The translations under genes were made by a program, and so were the position numbers. A stretch of 63,701 nucleotides of DNA, counting the filler, from Gonapodya sp. JEL0774 (taxonomy: Eukaryota): the NCBI GenBank assembly GCA_027604505.1. It is 4 parts of 4 records of this genome, joined end to end, with 100 filler letters (N's around TTAATTAATTAA, not from the genome) between each part and the next. Parts side by side here need not be neighbours in the genome. Positions count along the whole stretch, not along the records: positions 48,599 to 63,701 come from JADIIX010000299.1; 3 more parts are not named here. One strand, 5' to 3'. Positions within the stretch are counted from its first letter, which is position 1. Every line of letters starts with the position of its first letter. Under the pieces are notes generated by a model. The model searched no databases. It was given only the letters and a program-made list of their open reading frames with translations, and was not told the origin of the DNA. Below, one piece after another: positions 51,501-63,701 of the stretch.

Positions 51501-53431
51501 GGACGAAGTGCCGGAGACCATCTCGTATTTGTTGAAGGTGAGCTTCTTGTCGTCAGGTGAACCCTTTCGCAAATCTTGCCCTCAAACACTCCATCTACAC
51601 TCAGGCAAACGTGAGAATCTGGGTCCTCACAGGTGACAAGCAAGAGACCGCCATCAATATTGGGATGTCTTCACAGTTGTTGAGCTCGGATATGAAACTG
51701 CACATTCTCAACTCCCGCTCTGAAGACGAGATACGAGCCCAACTAGAAGAGGCGATTCAACAACTTAAAGATCAAAAAGAATGGGGAGAAGATCATGTGA
51801 AAACTGGCTGGCGATCACCATTTAGTCGAGGAAGTGCATTCGACGATCCTCCGGAACTCCAAGAGAAGTGGCGCAAGAATGGACTTGTTGTCACTGGGGA
51901 CGCATTGACTGTTCTTTTCGCATCATGGTCAGCACACAACACTAAAAATGGTTCAGTGCGGAGGGCAAACGGATCCAAGGGCTTAGATTTTGAAAGCACA
52001 TTGAACAAGCGATCTTCACGAGCGTCCAGTGGGTCGAATCATACTTCACCCAGAGAGTCGATACAGGCAAGGGTTTCGCAATGGGCGAAAAAGAATCTGT
52101 CGAAAGGTGGTGGTGAAAAAGGTGGTTTGAAAGGCGAATTGACGGATCTCCAACGGCTCTTCCTCGAGCTCGGCACGAGGTGTAACTCCGTGAGTTCATT
52201 CAGAGGGGTCCAATTGTAAGATATTCAATTCGCTTGAATCTCACCTGTCCTACGCACGACTTTTCGCCACCTCGTCACCAGGTCTTGTGTTGCCGTGTGA
52301 CACCACTGCAGAAGGCCCAGGTGGTCACTTTGGTTAGAATGCACCTCAAGAAAGTCACGCTGGCCATCGGAGATGGCGCTAATGATGTTTCGATGATTCA
52401 GGCTGCGCACGTTGGAGTTGGAATTTCTGGGCGAGAGGGAGCACAAGCTGTCCGAGCTGCTGATTTCGCATTTTTGGAGTTCCGATTCCTCCGACGCCTT
52501 TTGGCCTTCCACGGTCGCTACGACTTTATGCGAATGTGCAATCTCATTTATCTCAGCTTCTACAAGAACATTGCGCTCGTGACAATGTTGTGGCTGTTTG
52601 GCTTCGTTTCGATGTGGACGGGACTGGTAAGTTGGGCATGGACGACACGAATGATCACTAGTTCACCTTCTCACTTGATCTGGATTATTGCAGAGTCCAT
52701 ACGATGAGTTCTTCCTCCTCGCTTACAACGTTGTCCTCGTATCACTATCTCCCATCGTCTTGTCAGTCTTTGAGAATGACATTGGCGAGATTAAGATCGA
52801 AAAGTTTCCCGAGGCATATCGCGAAGTGCAAGGAGGAGTGTATTGGAACATGGAAACCGCACTCGTTTATCTAGTCGAGTCTCTGTGGGCACCCGTCGGT
52901 AGGTCACTCTGCGAAGTCTTTGTGCAATTTCGAGGACGTTTGTGACCGGTATTGTCTGGTTTCCTAGCAATTTTCATCGGTGTCATACAAGTCTTCGACG
53001 AAGGAGGACTCACTCAATCGGGCCGAACGCTCGGTTTCACAAATCTCATCTGGTTCTTCAGCACTACCGTATTTATAGCAGTTACTCTCAAGTTCAGTCT
53101 CGTTACCAGGCACTGGACAATCATGCACGCTCTGGCAATCGGCTTGTCTGCGGTTTTGTTTGTCATCGCAGTGTACTTGAGTGCCGGTCTCGGTTACGTT
53201 GACATATCGTCGCCTGGGGACCTCAACACCATCCCAGCGTTCTACTTCTTCATCCTCCTGGTTCCCGTGACCGTTTTACTTCCTTCACTGGCTGGTATGG
53301 CGGTGCGAGATACAATTGCACCTCCCGATTACGTCGTTCTGCGGGAGGAAGAGAGCGTGGAGCGGCGGTGTAAAGGTTGGACGGACCTCAACCTTTCGTC
53401 CAGTACAGAGGCCCAGAGTCAGGCCATCTGA
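48599..53431 (+). CDS. P4-type ATPase (phospholipid flippase), 5' truncated
   Basis: [74 protein letters not shown] and [27 protein letters not shown]. Confidence 0.96.
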
Positions 53432-53929
53432 TTTCGTGTTCTCACTCTGGCGTAGCGACTTGATTCCCAATGATGACATTCATGTATATTTTGCAGATAT
53501 TTATCACGTCTTTGTCATGGCTGTACTTGCATACGTATCATAATTAGCTATAGAATATGTATCACACTCTGTCGATGAAGGTATCGGATTGTCGCAATAG
53601 TGTTCACTTCGAGAGAGAGTGGAAAATATGTGACAGTAGAACTGGCCGGGTCAGAACTCGACTGGGATATAACTTCTTCATGCAGTAGTACCCTCGCAGC
53701 ATGACCTTAGTGCTCAGAGCTCATGGTTCGGAAAATGTGGTGTTCGAGGAGAAAAAATGAAAAGAGTGCGGTGGTTCGACTTTTAGGAATATTCGATGAA
53801 ATGAAAACATGCGAGTCACAAGAAATAAACTATGCCAAAAGTCAACTATAAAAGCATGATGTGGATGAATCATCGCCACCACCCGCCAACCCATTTCAAT
53901 CCCCACCGCTGTCCAGTCCGCTCCACCAA

Positions 53930-56660
53930 TCACCTCCCCACCTCCCGCCACCCATCATCCCTCCTCCTCTTCCTCGATCCTTCCGCGCTACCATAAACAC
54001 CCATAGATGCCCCTCCCACACCGTACCCGTACCCACTGCCGATCCCGATCCCGTTTGGATCCTCCCTGGCGAGATCGTACCGCTGCCTCTCCTCAATCGC
54101 AGTCCCAGTACCAACCGCGTCCCCACCATCGTCGTAGATTTCCACCCCGTTTGCATCCAGGACAGGCTCCCTCGCCTGTCTCGCAAAACGGCCCGTGGCT
54201 GTATTCTCCCGTTCCAAGGCATGGAGAGAGAATCGGTAGCCCCACATTCGGCCCCGCTCTGCAAACGGGACGTCGTTGCCGTTGTGAGGGGTGAGAAGGG
54301 ACGACATGGGAGAGAAGTTTCGGGCGGTAGTCCGGCGAGCGCGAGATAGGACGGTGCCGTTGGCGTCCATGCCGCGGATGGGCCGGTGGTCCCTAGAGTA
54401 CGTGATCCGCACATCGGAGCTTTCAGTAGATCGATCGAATCTGGCCACGGGTAAAAAGGTTGGTGGTCGTGGCCCAGGTACGGGGGGCAACGGCAACCAA
54501 GGAGGTGGACCATCAAAAGTTGTCGGTCGAGTTCCAGATCGGAGCACCCGGGGGGGTGGACCGCCTGGCTCGTTGAGGGCGTCCACAGATAGATGCAGTC
54601 GAGGGGGTGGACCGCCTGGCTCGATGAGAGCGTTCACAGGTAGATGCACCCGAGGGGGTGGACCGCTTTGCTCCGTGAGAGGATCCACAAGAGCTTCACG
54701 GCCGTTCCGCTCTGACTCGTCTTGGCCCCACCGACGCCGCGTCCCGCGATTCAGTCCGATTCCGTCCACGCTCCGTGTCCCCGTCGTCTCATCGCGAGCC
54801 TGTCCTCGAAATCTTGGCGGCGACGGTGGCCCGATTTCCGGCGCAGCGCCGTCTTCATCTGCCCGTACGACCCACCCCACGTCATCCTCTTCCCCGCCCA
54901 GCACGATCCGTCCCGGCTCCCGTCCCAGTCTCACCCTCACGTCCATCTCCGCTCGCTGTCTGAACCGTTCCAACATTTCCAACCTGCCTCTCACGAACCA
55001 CTCTTGCTCGTGCTCCGGGGTGGTGTCCTCGACCGGCATGACGGTGTCGTTCGAGGGAGATTCGGAATCCTCATTTGGCGTCGGTGGAAAAGATTCAACC
55101 GGTGGTCGCTCGGCAGGAGTATCACCAGCATTTCGGAACTCCTGCACCGTATTATCCACCGTTCCGAACGATGACGAGCCGAACGGCGTTTCTTCGGCGG
55201 TTGGAGAGACGCCTCGTCCCACGAAATCGTCAACATCTGTGATGGACGGTCGTCGAGGGGTCCGGATGGGCAAAACACTCGGCGCTATCGATGTGGCCGG
55301 AGGAGAGTCGGGGTCATCCCCGCTCCTCGAGGCGTCCATGGGGAAAATATCCTCGTCCATCGTAGCGGGATCAGAATCGTCACCGCTATAACCACTACCA
55401 CCGACGGCGTGAGAGGCAGCTTGGCGGCTGTTGGGGGGGTCATGATACGGTTCCTGGCCCATGGGGTCCTCGTTTTCGCCCTCGCTCTCGTCGTCAGTCT
55501 CGTCCTCGAGCTCGTCGCCGCTCTCACGCTCGGTTCGCGTCCCGACCACATTTTCAGACCTCGCAGATAGTCTCCCCATAAACTGCCGAGCGACCTCCGC
55601 TCGCCTAAGATGAAAGTTCCAACGAGGCAAGTGCAGGACCTCTGCCCACGCACTGACCCTGGGCGTTCCTTGTATACCCGTCCCAGCTTGTGGGAGTTCA
55701 CGACCGGCAGAGCTGACACCGGTGCCGGTGCCGGTGCTGGTCCTCCCTGTCCCTGTCGCGCCAATGCTTGTGGATGTGGTCTCAGAACTCCCTGCGCCTG
55801 ACATCACTGTGTCGTCCCCTATATCCACAAAAGACACGTCTCTATCTGTGTTTGCGTCATCTTCTCCATTCCTGATTGAGGGTGGCACGGCAGAAGTGCT
55901 GTCGCTGTCCCGTGCGTGGTTCGTCGATTGTCTCTCGGCCTCACGGTGCAGGTCCTGGTCCTGCTCTTCCACCCTATCGCTACCCAACCAGTGATTCAAA
56001 AGCATCCGCGCACGCAGCCTTTCTTGCCTCTCCTCCATTGTCCCCTCCTCGTCCTGCTGGACGGCCTGAGATGGATCGCTGCCGTCAATCTCGAATTCGA
56101 TCAGGCCGGCTGGGTGGACGCGGCGCAAGATGAGATTCAGAGGAGGCGCCGCGGGTTGTTGGGGTGGCTGAGATGGCTGAGAAGGGAAGGATGAGGGGGG
56201 TGCATTCGAGGGTGGTGGGAACCACAAGTGTGTCCGTTGTGGAAGAATACTTGCTTGGGTTGCCAGGTTGGGGTAGGACAAGGACGGCGAGGAAACGCGT
56301 GGTGGTCGGTCAGAGATGGAGAATGTTGGAGGTGCTGAGTGCCGTATGCGGCGGTAATGGGTTCAAAGCGAGTGGTCAGATTTGACAGAGAACATGTCCA
56401 CCTACCCGTATCAACCAGAGAAATCATTCCACTCAAACTCACTTTCTTGAAATCTCTGCTGTGCATCGATAAGCGACCATTCGAGCGGTCTCGTGATGTA
56501 CGAAGACTTGAAAAGTTTGAGCCCGAAAGTGGCCACATGAATGGGAAGTCCAAAGAGAACAAAGACGTGAGAAAAAAGGAGAAGAGACGGGATAGAAGTG
56601 GCTGAGCTCAGTGTGTTCAGAACATACCATGCATTCCGTGTCAGGCGGTGGTTTGACCAT
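53930..56660 (-). CDS. Hypothetical acidic/disordered protein, 3 exons
   Basis: MVKPPPDTECM|SSYITRPLEWSLIDAQQRFQE|TPPTF.. splices in frame into the 783-aa ORF. Upstream CT-rich leader and TATA box. Confidence 0.72.
54546..54673 (-). repeat. 51-bp coding tandem repeat, about 2.5 copies (EPGGPPPRxHL.V.AL)
   Basis: GGGGGTGGACCGC recurs three times at 51-bp spacing. Confidence 0.85.
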
Positions 56661-56825
56661 GCTTGAGGAGAGTGAAAGAGTGTGGGTTGATCACGCGACT
56701 CCAACGGGGACAACAGAGAGGTCCCCAGACGGAAAGAGGGAATCCAAGAAGTCCGCAGGGAGAAGGAAAAAAGGACAGCGGTAATACGAGTGCGATGGAC
56801 TCAAGTGCGCAGCGTGGAAGCGCGC

Positions 56826-56832
56826 CTTTATA
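56826..56832 (-). promoter_or_regulatory. Putative TATA box
   Basis: TATAAAG on the minus strand about 170 bp upstream of the ATG at 56660, followed by a pyrimidine-rich leader. Confidence 0.45.
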
Positions 56833-58113
56833 GAGTTGAATAGCAAATCAGCGTCGGCTTGAATATAGCCATTGCCTGCCGGCTGGTAGTGGCTCTCCAC
56901 ATGCACTGTCCTCCTCCATACCAACCACGGGTGCTTCAAGTCACCTGCGAGCAACTTCAACTGCTTTTTTTGACGCGTTACATCGGTGCTCCGTCGAGGG
57001 CCACCTCACACTCGCGTATCTGGAGTTCTTTTCTCAATATGTTCAATCCGGGTGCCTCTCGACACGTAGATTATCTACTGCACGGCACAGTGATGACCAG
57101 CCATGATAGCTTTTTTAGCAAGGCTACTCTGCACTTGTGAGGGTGACGTCCCACAGGACAATTGGCTCGAAGGAGGGATTTGCATTTGATGTTTCACTTT
57201 CACTGTGGGAGCGAGATGGGGTGGTTCTACCCAAGTACTCTGACAAGCCCATATTAACGTAATGTGATATTTTGTCCATTCCGACTGGTTCCCCCTTTGT
57301 GGTGACTTCCCACTTTGAGTGGAAAAAGAACCAGACCTGTGGCGACGTCATAGTCAGGGTCACTCTGCTCCCCAGATATCCTCAGTATCCTCTACAAGCA
57401 AGTTACCTTTCAGAAACAAGATGTGAGACAGATTTTGGATGAGTCTGAGAATGGGGACACAATGTGCCCCCACTGCTTTGCTTGTGAGAAAGGTCTGGCT
57501 AGTTAGGTGCTATAATGGTGTTTCACCTCTCAACAACAATATATAATAGTTGGCAGTTGCTGGAGGCAAGTATAACAACATTGAATCTTGTTCTACTATC
57601 CAGCAAAGAAGCTGCATTGTGCCTACATATATTTTGGCTGTATGTACATGTCAAACTCACTGTTGAATTTCTTTTATGTAAGTGCACTTTACCATTTTGC
57701 TGGACTGTGAACAGTGATCCGTATACCTTGCATGATCATCTTAAGTGATATCCACTTTCCAGCGACAACTGGCTGCAGCGGAAGGCAGGCTCTTGAAATC
57801 TTGGCAGAGAAATACTGAAATAACAGATTCAAGGCAATAGAATATGGAGACATATTAGCAGTGTGATGTCGCAGCAAGTTCTAGTCTGTACAGCCACAAC
57901 TCGGGACTCATCGTCGAGGACATTCTAGTTCGCTACCAGACGAGCACGAGACCATGATCGAGTATTTGCATCGCTGAGAATAATAAACGGCGGTTCTGAC
58001 CCTGTAGATTTGACTTGGACCCTTCGCATTGGCGTGATCGTCTGGTCATCGTGCCGGTCTCTCATGCACCACTTGATCCATCGACCCCAATGATCCTTCA
58101 ACCCCTTCCCACG

Positions 58114-59679
58114 ATGGAATCTTCTTCTCAAATGTCAAATCCATCACCTGCCGAACCCGACGAACCCGCTCACCATTCCTCGTCCCCATTGCCTTCATCC
58201 CCCTCTGCTCCACCGCCAGAACTTCACGCCGCCTCTGTATTCCTCTCCCGGTTCCTGTCTCATACATCATCGCCATCATCACTAATTCCAGATGCATCCA
58301 TCATCACATTTACATCGACGCTCTCGCTCGCACTCTGGGAGCGATGTCGCGGCCACTGGTACACGGACAACCCAAGCAGAGGACAGGTCTGGAGACAGGT
58401 ATGGAGAGAGGCAGAAAGAGGTACGTCTATTCTTGTGCAAGCTGCACGATGACATGCGCGAGAGAGGGAGGCTGTCGACCCTAACCGATGGAAAGCTTGG
58501 TGTTCGCATATCTCTTCTCGAATCAGACAAATCTGATAACACTCGTCCGCACTTCCCGTCATGAACTCCCCAGTCGATCCCATCCTTCTATCGTCCCTAG
58601 CTACCATCCCCTCTTCTCCCACTCAGTCAACCGTGTCCACCCACTCCTCTCTCAACCCATCATCTCCCCACCCACACCTCTGTCGCTTCCCGCTTTCCTT
58701 CATCCTGTGGATTGACCCAGGTTCTGTTACCTACCGCGCTGGATCTGGAGTTATCGTGGGTGTGTGGAGCCCAGGAGTCGGACTGGGTGTCGGGGTCGGT
58801 GTAGGTTTGAGCGTGAACAGTGGCAGGGCAAGCTCAAAGGTCAAGGCCGGGAAGGAATCCAACAGAAAGATTACTGGATCCCCGGAAAAGCTCAAGGACG
58901 CGGACGCAAAGAAATCCAATGAGACAAGGTCACCACCTACGCCTACCTCATCTCCCGCGAGCCCTGGACAACCCAGAGCCCTCAAAGCCTCACGACCCGC
59001 ATCACCTGCCGTCATTGTACCACCAAACACGCCTCGCAGCCTCCCTCCGCCCACTACTACGACGTCGACCAACCAGAGACCACCGCGCCCTCCGGCCCGC
59101 CCCACCTCGCCGCTCAAACACCTCGCTCCTTCCAATGCAAAGAACCCATCCGGCACATGGTACGCTGCGGGACACACAGAAGTGCGCCCGCATAGCGGTA
59201 TCACGCCGGGATATCAGGGGACTGGTCCCGCGGCCTACATCCCGCCGAGGTTCAGGTTCCTACCGCCGCAATCGAGCGCTCCGGTGTCCGCGGTGGGTGG
59301 GTCTGGTGGCGCGCAAGCTGCAGGGCTAGTTCGCGCCGGGAATGAAATACCTGTGGCGCCTGGTGCTGGGACTGGGACGAGTCCAGGGGAGGACACGGCA
59401 CCTGTAGCACCGCCCCTCCCCCTCCCGCTCACCCACAGCGACGTCACCCCAGGATCCGACACCACACTGCACGGCAGTCGAGACGTGATCGAACCCGACA
59501 CAAAAACACCAAACGGGAACAAGACAGGGAACGGGGACGGAGATGCCGCCGTAGAGGTGGATGTGGACAATGACGGAGACGCGGACAGTGGCGTGGCGAG
59601 CGCGGATGAAGGCGAGGTGGAGCTCGAGGAGGAAGTTCCGGTCGGGCGTGGAAAGGGGGCAGCTGTGGTATGTGTTTGA
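58114..59679 (+). CDS. BTG/Tob (anti-proliferative domain) family protein
   Basis: ELHAASVFLSRFL..FTSTLSLALWERCRGHWYTDNPSRGQ (box A), intron 58421-58573, VDPILL and FILWIDPGSVTYR (box B). Alternative start at 58090. Confidence 0.85.
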
Positions 59680-61931
59680 TCGATGAGCTCCTCGTGCGGC
59701 TGGGACGAGGACAGATATGAGGGGTGGCGGGTCTTTGTACGGAACTAATACTGGGAAGGACAGCGGATTCAAGGGGTGTGCGGTACGCTACGATGAAACC
59801 TCTCGCAAGAGAGGGCAGTGAAAGGGCAAAACAGAAAATGAAACTCCAATAAATGTAAAATGAAAGTATCGTCTCGGTCGCAAGAACCGGCTCCTCGTCC
59901 ACCAGATCGTCAACATCTGCACCCCGCCGCATTGCCGGAGATTGATCGGCAAGGTCTTCGCTCTTCAGGTGTACGTCCAACCCTTCGCGGTTGTATGCTG
60001 TACTTGCGACCTCTGAGAGGTGAAGGCTCTACCACTGTTTCCAATCTGAACCATCTAATCTCTGGAACTCCTTGGGGCTTGGACCCCCGCACCAATTCAC
60101 CGTCCCACTTAGAGGGGACAAAGCATCCCAACCTTTCTAGGAGTACAATCACAACGAGTGATGAATTTGAAATGTTCCGTGCATGTGTAGGATCAGTGCG
60201 ACTCACTCTTCCTCTCGCATGCCAAAAAAATGGTTTTATATCGTCACGCTTTGGATCCTCTCCCAAACAACATTGAACCTCATTAGAATTTAGAATTTAG
60301 AATTGTATCCAATGAATGTGACCTCGTGCAAGGAAGGAAACACTTGCATTACGGTAGTCGACCAATATCAACAAATTGACTACCAGAGGATGGGACGCCT
60401 GTGACGGCGTGCCCCCATGTGTCCAAAATTGGAATATGACACAACCCCCACGTTGATGCATCGGCACAGTGTTTGGAAACGCTGAAATGCGTGCGGCGTG
60501 GCCATCAGCCATGTCCATTCCTGTGCTTCTGTTGTACAATACTCACCGGCCAACATTCTGTCATTGATCTTCCCCGTGCTGTACTGCATTCACCACTTCC
60601 ATTGAAGAATAAGACGGTTTCTATGCAAATGACTGAAGGAACTCTCTTTTGCAGAATCAGGGCGACAGGCCGTACGTGGCTTCATGCACCTTGATTGCAC
60701 CGAAAAATGTAAGTTGTGGCAGTCATTCGTTGGCTGCAAAAGCTGTCAATGAAAATTTTAAAGGACATCAGTGGGCATGTTCACCAATGAGTGGATCAAG
60801 TCGGCGATACGATCAAGATGTGCGGCAGGAATAGACGGCCTCGTGATCGCATTTACATGCCGGTGGCGGGTCGTGCAATGCAGTCAACGTCATAACCATG
60901 AGTATCCAAAGTGGTATTCACCCGTTGCGCATATTTTCGCTGAGCTCAGTCCACTCTGGGCGCAATAACTGTCCGAGGATGGACCCGATTGAACACCATG
61001 TGGTTAGACGGGACTTTGGTGAGATGTGATCGTGTCACAACATGGTTGCCGTTCTCCTCAGTTGAGGGGTGTTCACCATGTACGATTCTTCGTTGTAAAC
61101 ATGATGAATCCGAATGATTCGGTTGAGGAAAGGGGGCGTATACGTGGGGGTAGCGTTTCTGCACGTGTGAAGGTACTGAAGGACATTTGATAATTATGTT
61201 TGCATGGAAGAGATTGCCGTGCATGTCGCCAAGATTCCCGTCCCACGGGATAAAAACACGACACAATTGATTTTGTATTCAGTTTTCAAAAACGTCCATG
61301 GTCAACCACGTGGTGGAAAAGTGTCAGGGGCTAGCGGCATGCCATTGCTCGTAAGTGTACGATGACGTCATAAAGCACTCAACAGTACAAGAGACGTCTT
61401 GCAGTCATGACTGCCCATGATAAGCGTATTCATTGTACTGCTTGATGTAACCGCACATTACGTTTGGAAAAAATAGCACAAAACCGTGCAGGAGACAAAT
61501 CCGATCCCTCACATTACAACAACAAAGATCATCATTCGAACAGAGACTTGCTTCGTCTGTGTTGGATTGAGTGATCTGGCAAGCAAAAACCACGACGGAG
61601 AAACTTTATGGGGAGGGTCTGACAGATGATCCCCACCGAAATCACACTCTGCTCCACCTCGCGCCAGCGGGAGTGCAATCCGGGTCCGAACGACATCATG
61701 AAGCTGAAGCCTGCACGGATCAGGCAAAAAGATAGGAAAAATGGCACGCCGTGGTTTGAGGGAACGTTTTTGCTCTGGTCGGGAATTTGCAAAGGTGTAA
61801 GGAGTAAAGATCCGATGACAGTTGGTTTGAAAACTTTGGCCACTTGGATTGGACCTTGCACGCACCAACGAGGACAGGTATTCTTCGCATTCCGCACTCC
61901 ATCCCCATTCCACTGCCCCTCCCATTCGAGC

Positions 61932-63701
61932 ATGCCACTTCTGTCCAAACGGCCTCTGCCATCGCAGTGCGTATCCGCATCTGCGTCCGTTCCGGCGAGA
62001 CCAGCTTTGTCGTTTTCATCCCCGATGGCGAGCACGAGTGCGCCAGGGAAGAGGACCGGGAAGGGGATACGAGCTGGATACGGTGGAGACGATGCAGATG
62101 GAAATGATCGACCGGCAAAGAGAAGGAAAATTGGTCCGGGTGACGGGGAAGTCGCAGACGGGGACATTGACTGCGATGGCGAAGGCGACGAAGGGAACGC
62201 CGACTTCACCACCCCAGACACGGAAAATGACAATGACATCGAAAACCAAACCGAAGATGCGACCGCCTCTTCTGCCTCTTCTTCCGAACGTGCCAAAATC
62301 GCCGCCCAGAAACTCCGTCTAGCGAAACTCAACGCCCAACGTGCCGCTCCAGGCTCCAAACCCGCCGCTCCATTGCGTGTCCCCTTGAAGGAACTATGGC
62401 AGAAGTCCGGGGTGGGATTGCAAGCGGGGAATGTGTTTAGGAAAATGGGTACGGGGACGGTAGCCGCGGGAAAGTTCAAGATGCCCGAGTTCAAGAATGG
62501 AAAGGGAGGAGATGTGGAAGAAACAGGGAGGAATGCACCCCCAGCTTTGGGATATAGAAGGTGAGATCGGTTTCTTTTCTTCATCGGGACCTAGGAGCGC
62601 TGAGAGCGGAGTAATGCAGTGGGCAGGTGCGCAATGAGACAATTTGATCGTATATCTGAGGGGGCATCCCTTCCTCGAGGACTGAAATCACGACTCTTGG
62701 ATGGAAGCGAAGCTGTCAACTATTCGCCTCTTGTGTCGCTGTATTCCCCACTGCCGTCCTGAGCTGATGTCCAATGAGACCATCTCTCCCTCTCCTTCAA
62801 GGTCCTCCCTCCTTCACACCCGTCCCATACACGACCCAGACGCAGACGGAGCCATTGTGTTGTATGGCAAGTACCTTGTTACACTTGTTTGCCGTGCCTG
62901 TCTACACTCACTTGCGCACACCCAGAACCCCCCCAACTCACCATCACCGAACAACTCGCTCTTCTCAAATCCAGTGCGCTCAAAGTATCTTCGGCGGCGG
63001 ACCCTTCCGCTGCAGCCTCTCCTACGGCGTCACCAGTCGCGTCGCCGGCGGCACAGGGAAAGCAAGTCCACGTCGTAGTGGACCCGAAGTTGGGACAGGT
63101 GTTGAGACCGCACCAGGTGGGTTGTCATTTGAGCGGTGTAGTCAGGTCTTCACTTGCTATTGTTGAACGCCTTTCATCTCATGTACGGAAAATATTTCCC
63201 CTCCTCCAAATATCCATGCCAAATGCTTGGATATCCTCTCCCACAAGATCGAAGGTGTCCGCTTTCTCTACGATTGCACCACAGGCCGCAAACGTGAAGG
63301 CTCTTTCGGATGCATCATGGCCGATGAGATGGTACGTCGCAACCTTTTTAACACCTCCACTCACCTCATATTCCTCACCTCCACCACCCCGGACACCCCC
63401 ATAAAAGGGTCTCGGCAAAACCCTCCAGTGTATCGCGTTACTCTGGACCTTGTTACGCCAGTCACCACTCGCAGGAAAACCCACTGTGGACAAAGTCGTC
63501 GTTGCCTGTCCGTCCTCGCTTGTCAAGAACTGGGCAAAGGAGATCGGGAAGTGGGTGGGTGGAAGGGCGGGGTGTTTGGTGGGTGGGACTTTGATGTTGC
63601 AATAGTGGCGCGTGGCGTCGGGGACTGATGTTGATATTCGATATGGAGTGTAGGTGTGCGACGGGAAGGACTCCAAGAGCGAGCTTACGAAGCAGCTGCA
63701 A
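61932..63701 (+). CDS. RAD54: RAD54 DNA repair/recombination SNF2-family ATPase, running off the window end
   Basis: [39 protein letters not shown] and [37 protein letters not shown]. The start is uncertain (61626, 61932 or 62025). Confidence 0.92.

Noticed and set aside
61362..61371. ATGACGTCAT palindrome (ATF/CREB-like site) upstream of RAD54
   Set aside because: It is a single short motif, and the same 10-mer occurs in an intron at about 27534. It cannot be distinguished from chance.
61532..62584. 350-aa minus-strand ORF
   Set aside because: It is the antisense shadow of the RAD54 N-terminal exon.
1..63701. tRNA, rRNA, snRNA genes, CRISPR arrays and intact transposons
   Set aside because: None were recognised by eye. 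tRNAscan-SE, Infernal/Rfam and RepeatMasker would be needed to exclude small or divergent ones.

Overview
Eukaryotic, intron-rich, GC-rich fungal genomic DNA. The gene set (Zn2Cys6 factors, Pop8, a Chs4-like Sel1 protein, together with BTG/Tob, F-box-JmjC-kinase and metazoan-like mS26) suggests an early-diverging, chytrid-like fungus, but this is inference. The window is not one locus: it is four ~16-kb contigs joined by identical 100-bp spacers (44N-TTAATTAATTAA-44N), so adjacency across spacers is meaningless. About 21 genes or gene fragments are recognisable: AIF/AMID-like oxidoreductase, aldehyde dehydrogenase, MFS transporter, SGT1/Ecdysoneless, a 5'-truncated DUR3 urea transporter, two Zn2Cys6 factors, Cys-glutathione peroxidase, Pop8, F-box-JmjC-phosphotransferase, spherulin-4/GH135, mS26, a giant Sel1-repeat protein, amidase, YBL028C/DUF2423, P4-ATPase, BTG/Tob, RAD54 and three hypotheticals. 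I found no RNA genes, CRISPR arrays or intact mobile elements, and no convincing new multi-gene system. The best leads are a probable non-AUG N-terminal extension of the GPx, the three-domain JmjC protein, the intronless GH135 gene, the DUR3/ECD junction, micro-exons and non-canonical splice sites, and a recurring C-rich to G-rich polarity in exons. Exon boundaries were read by eye and are approximate unless stated.
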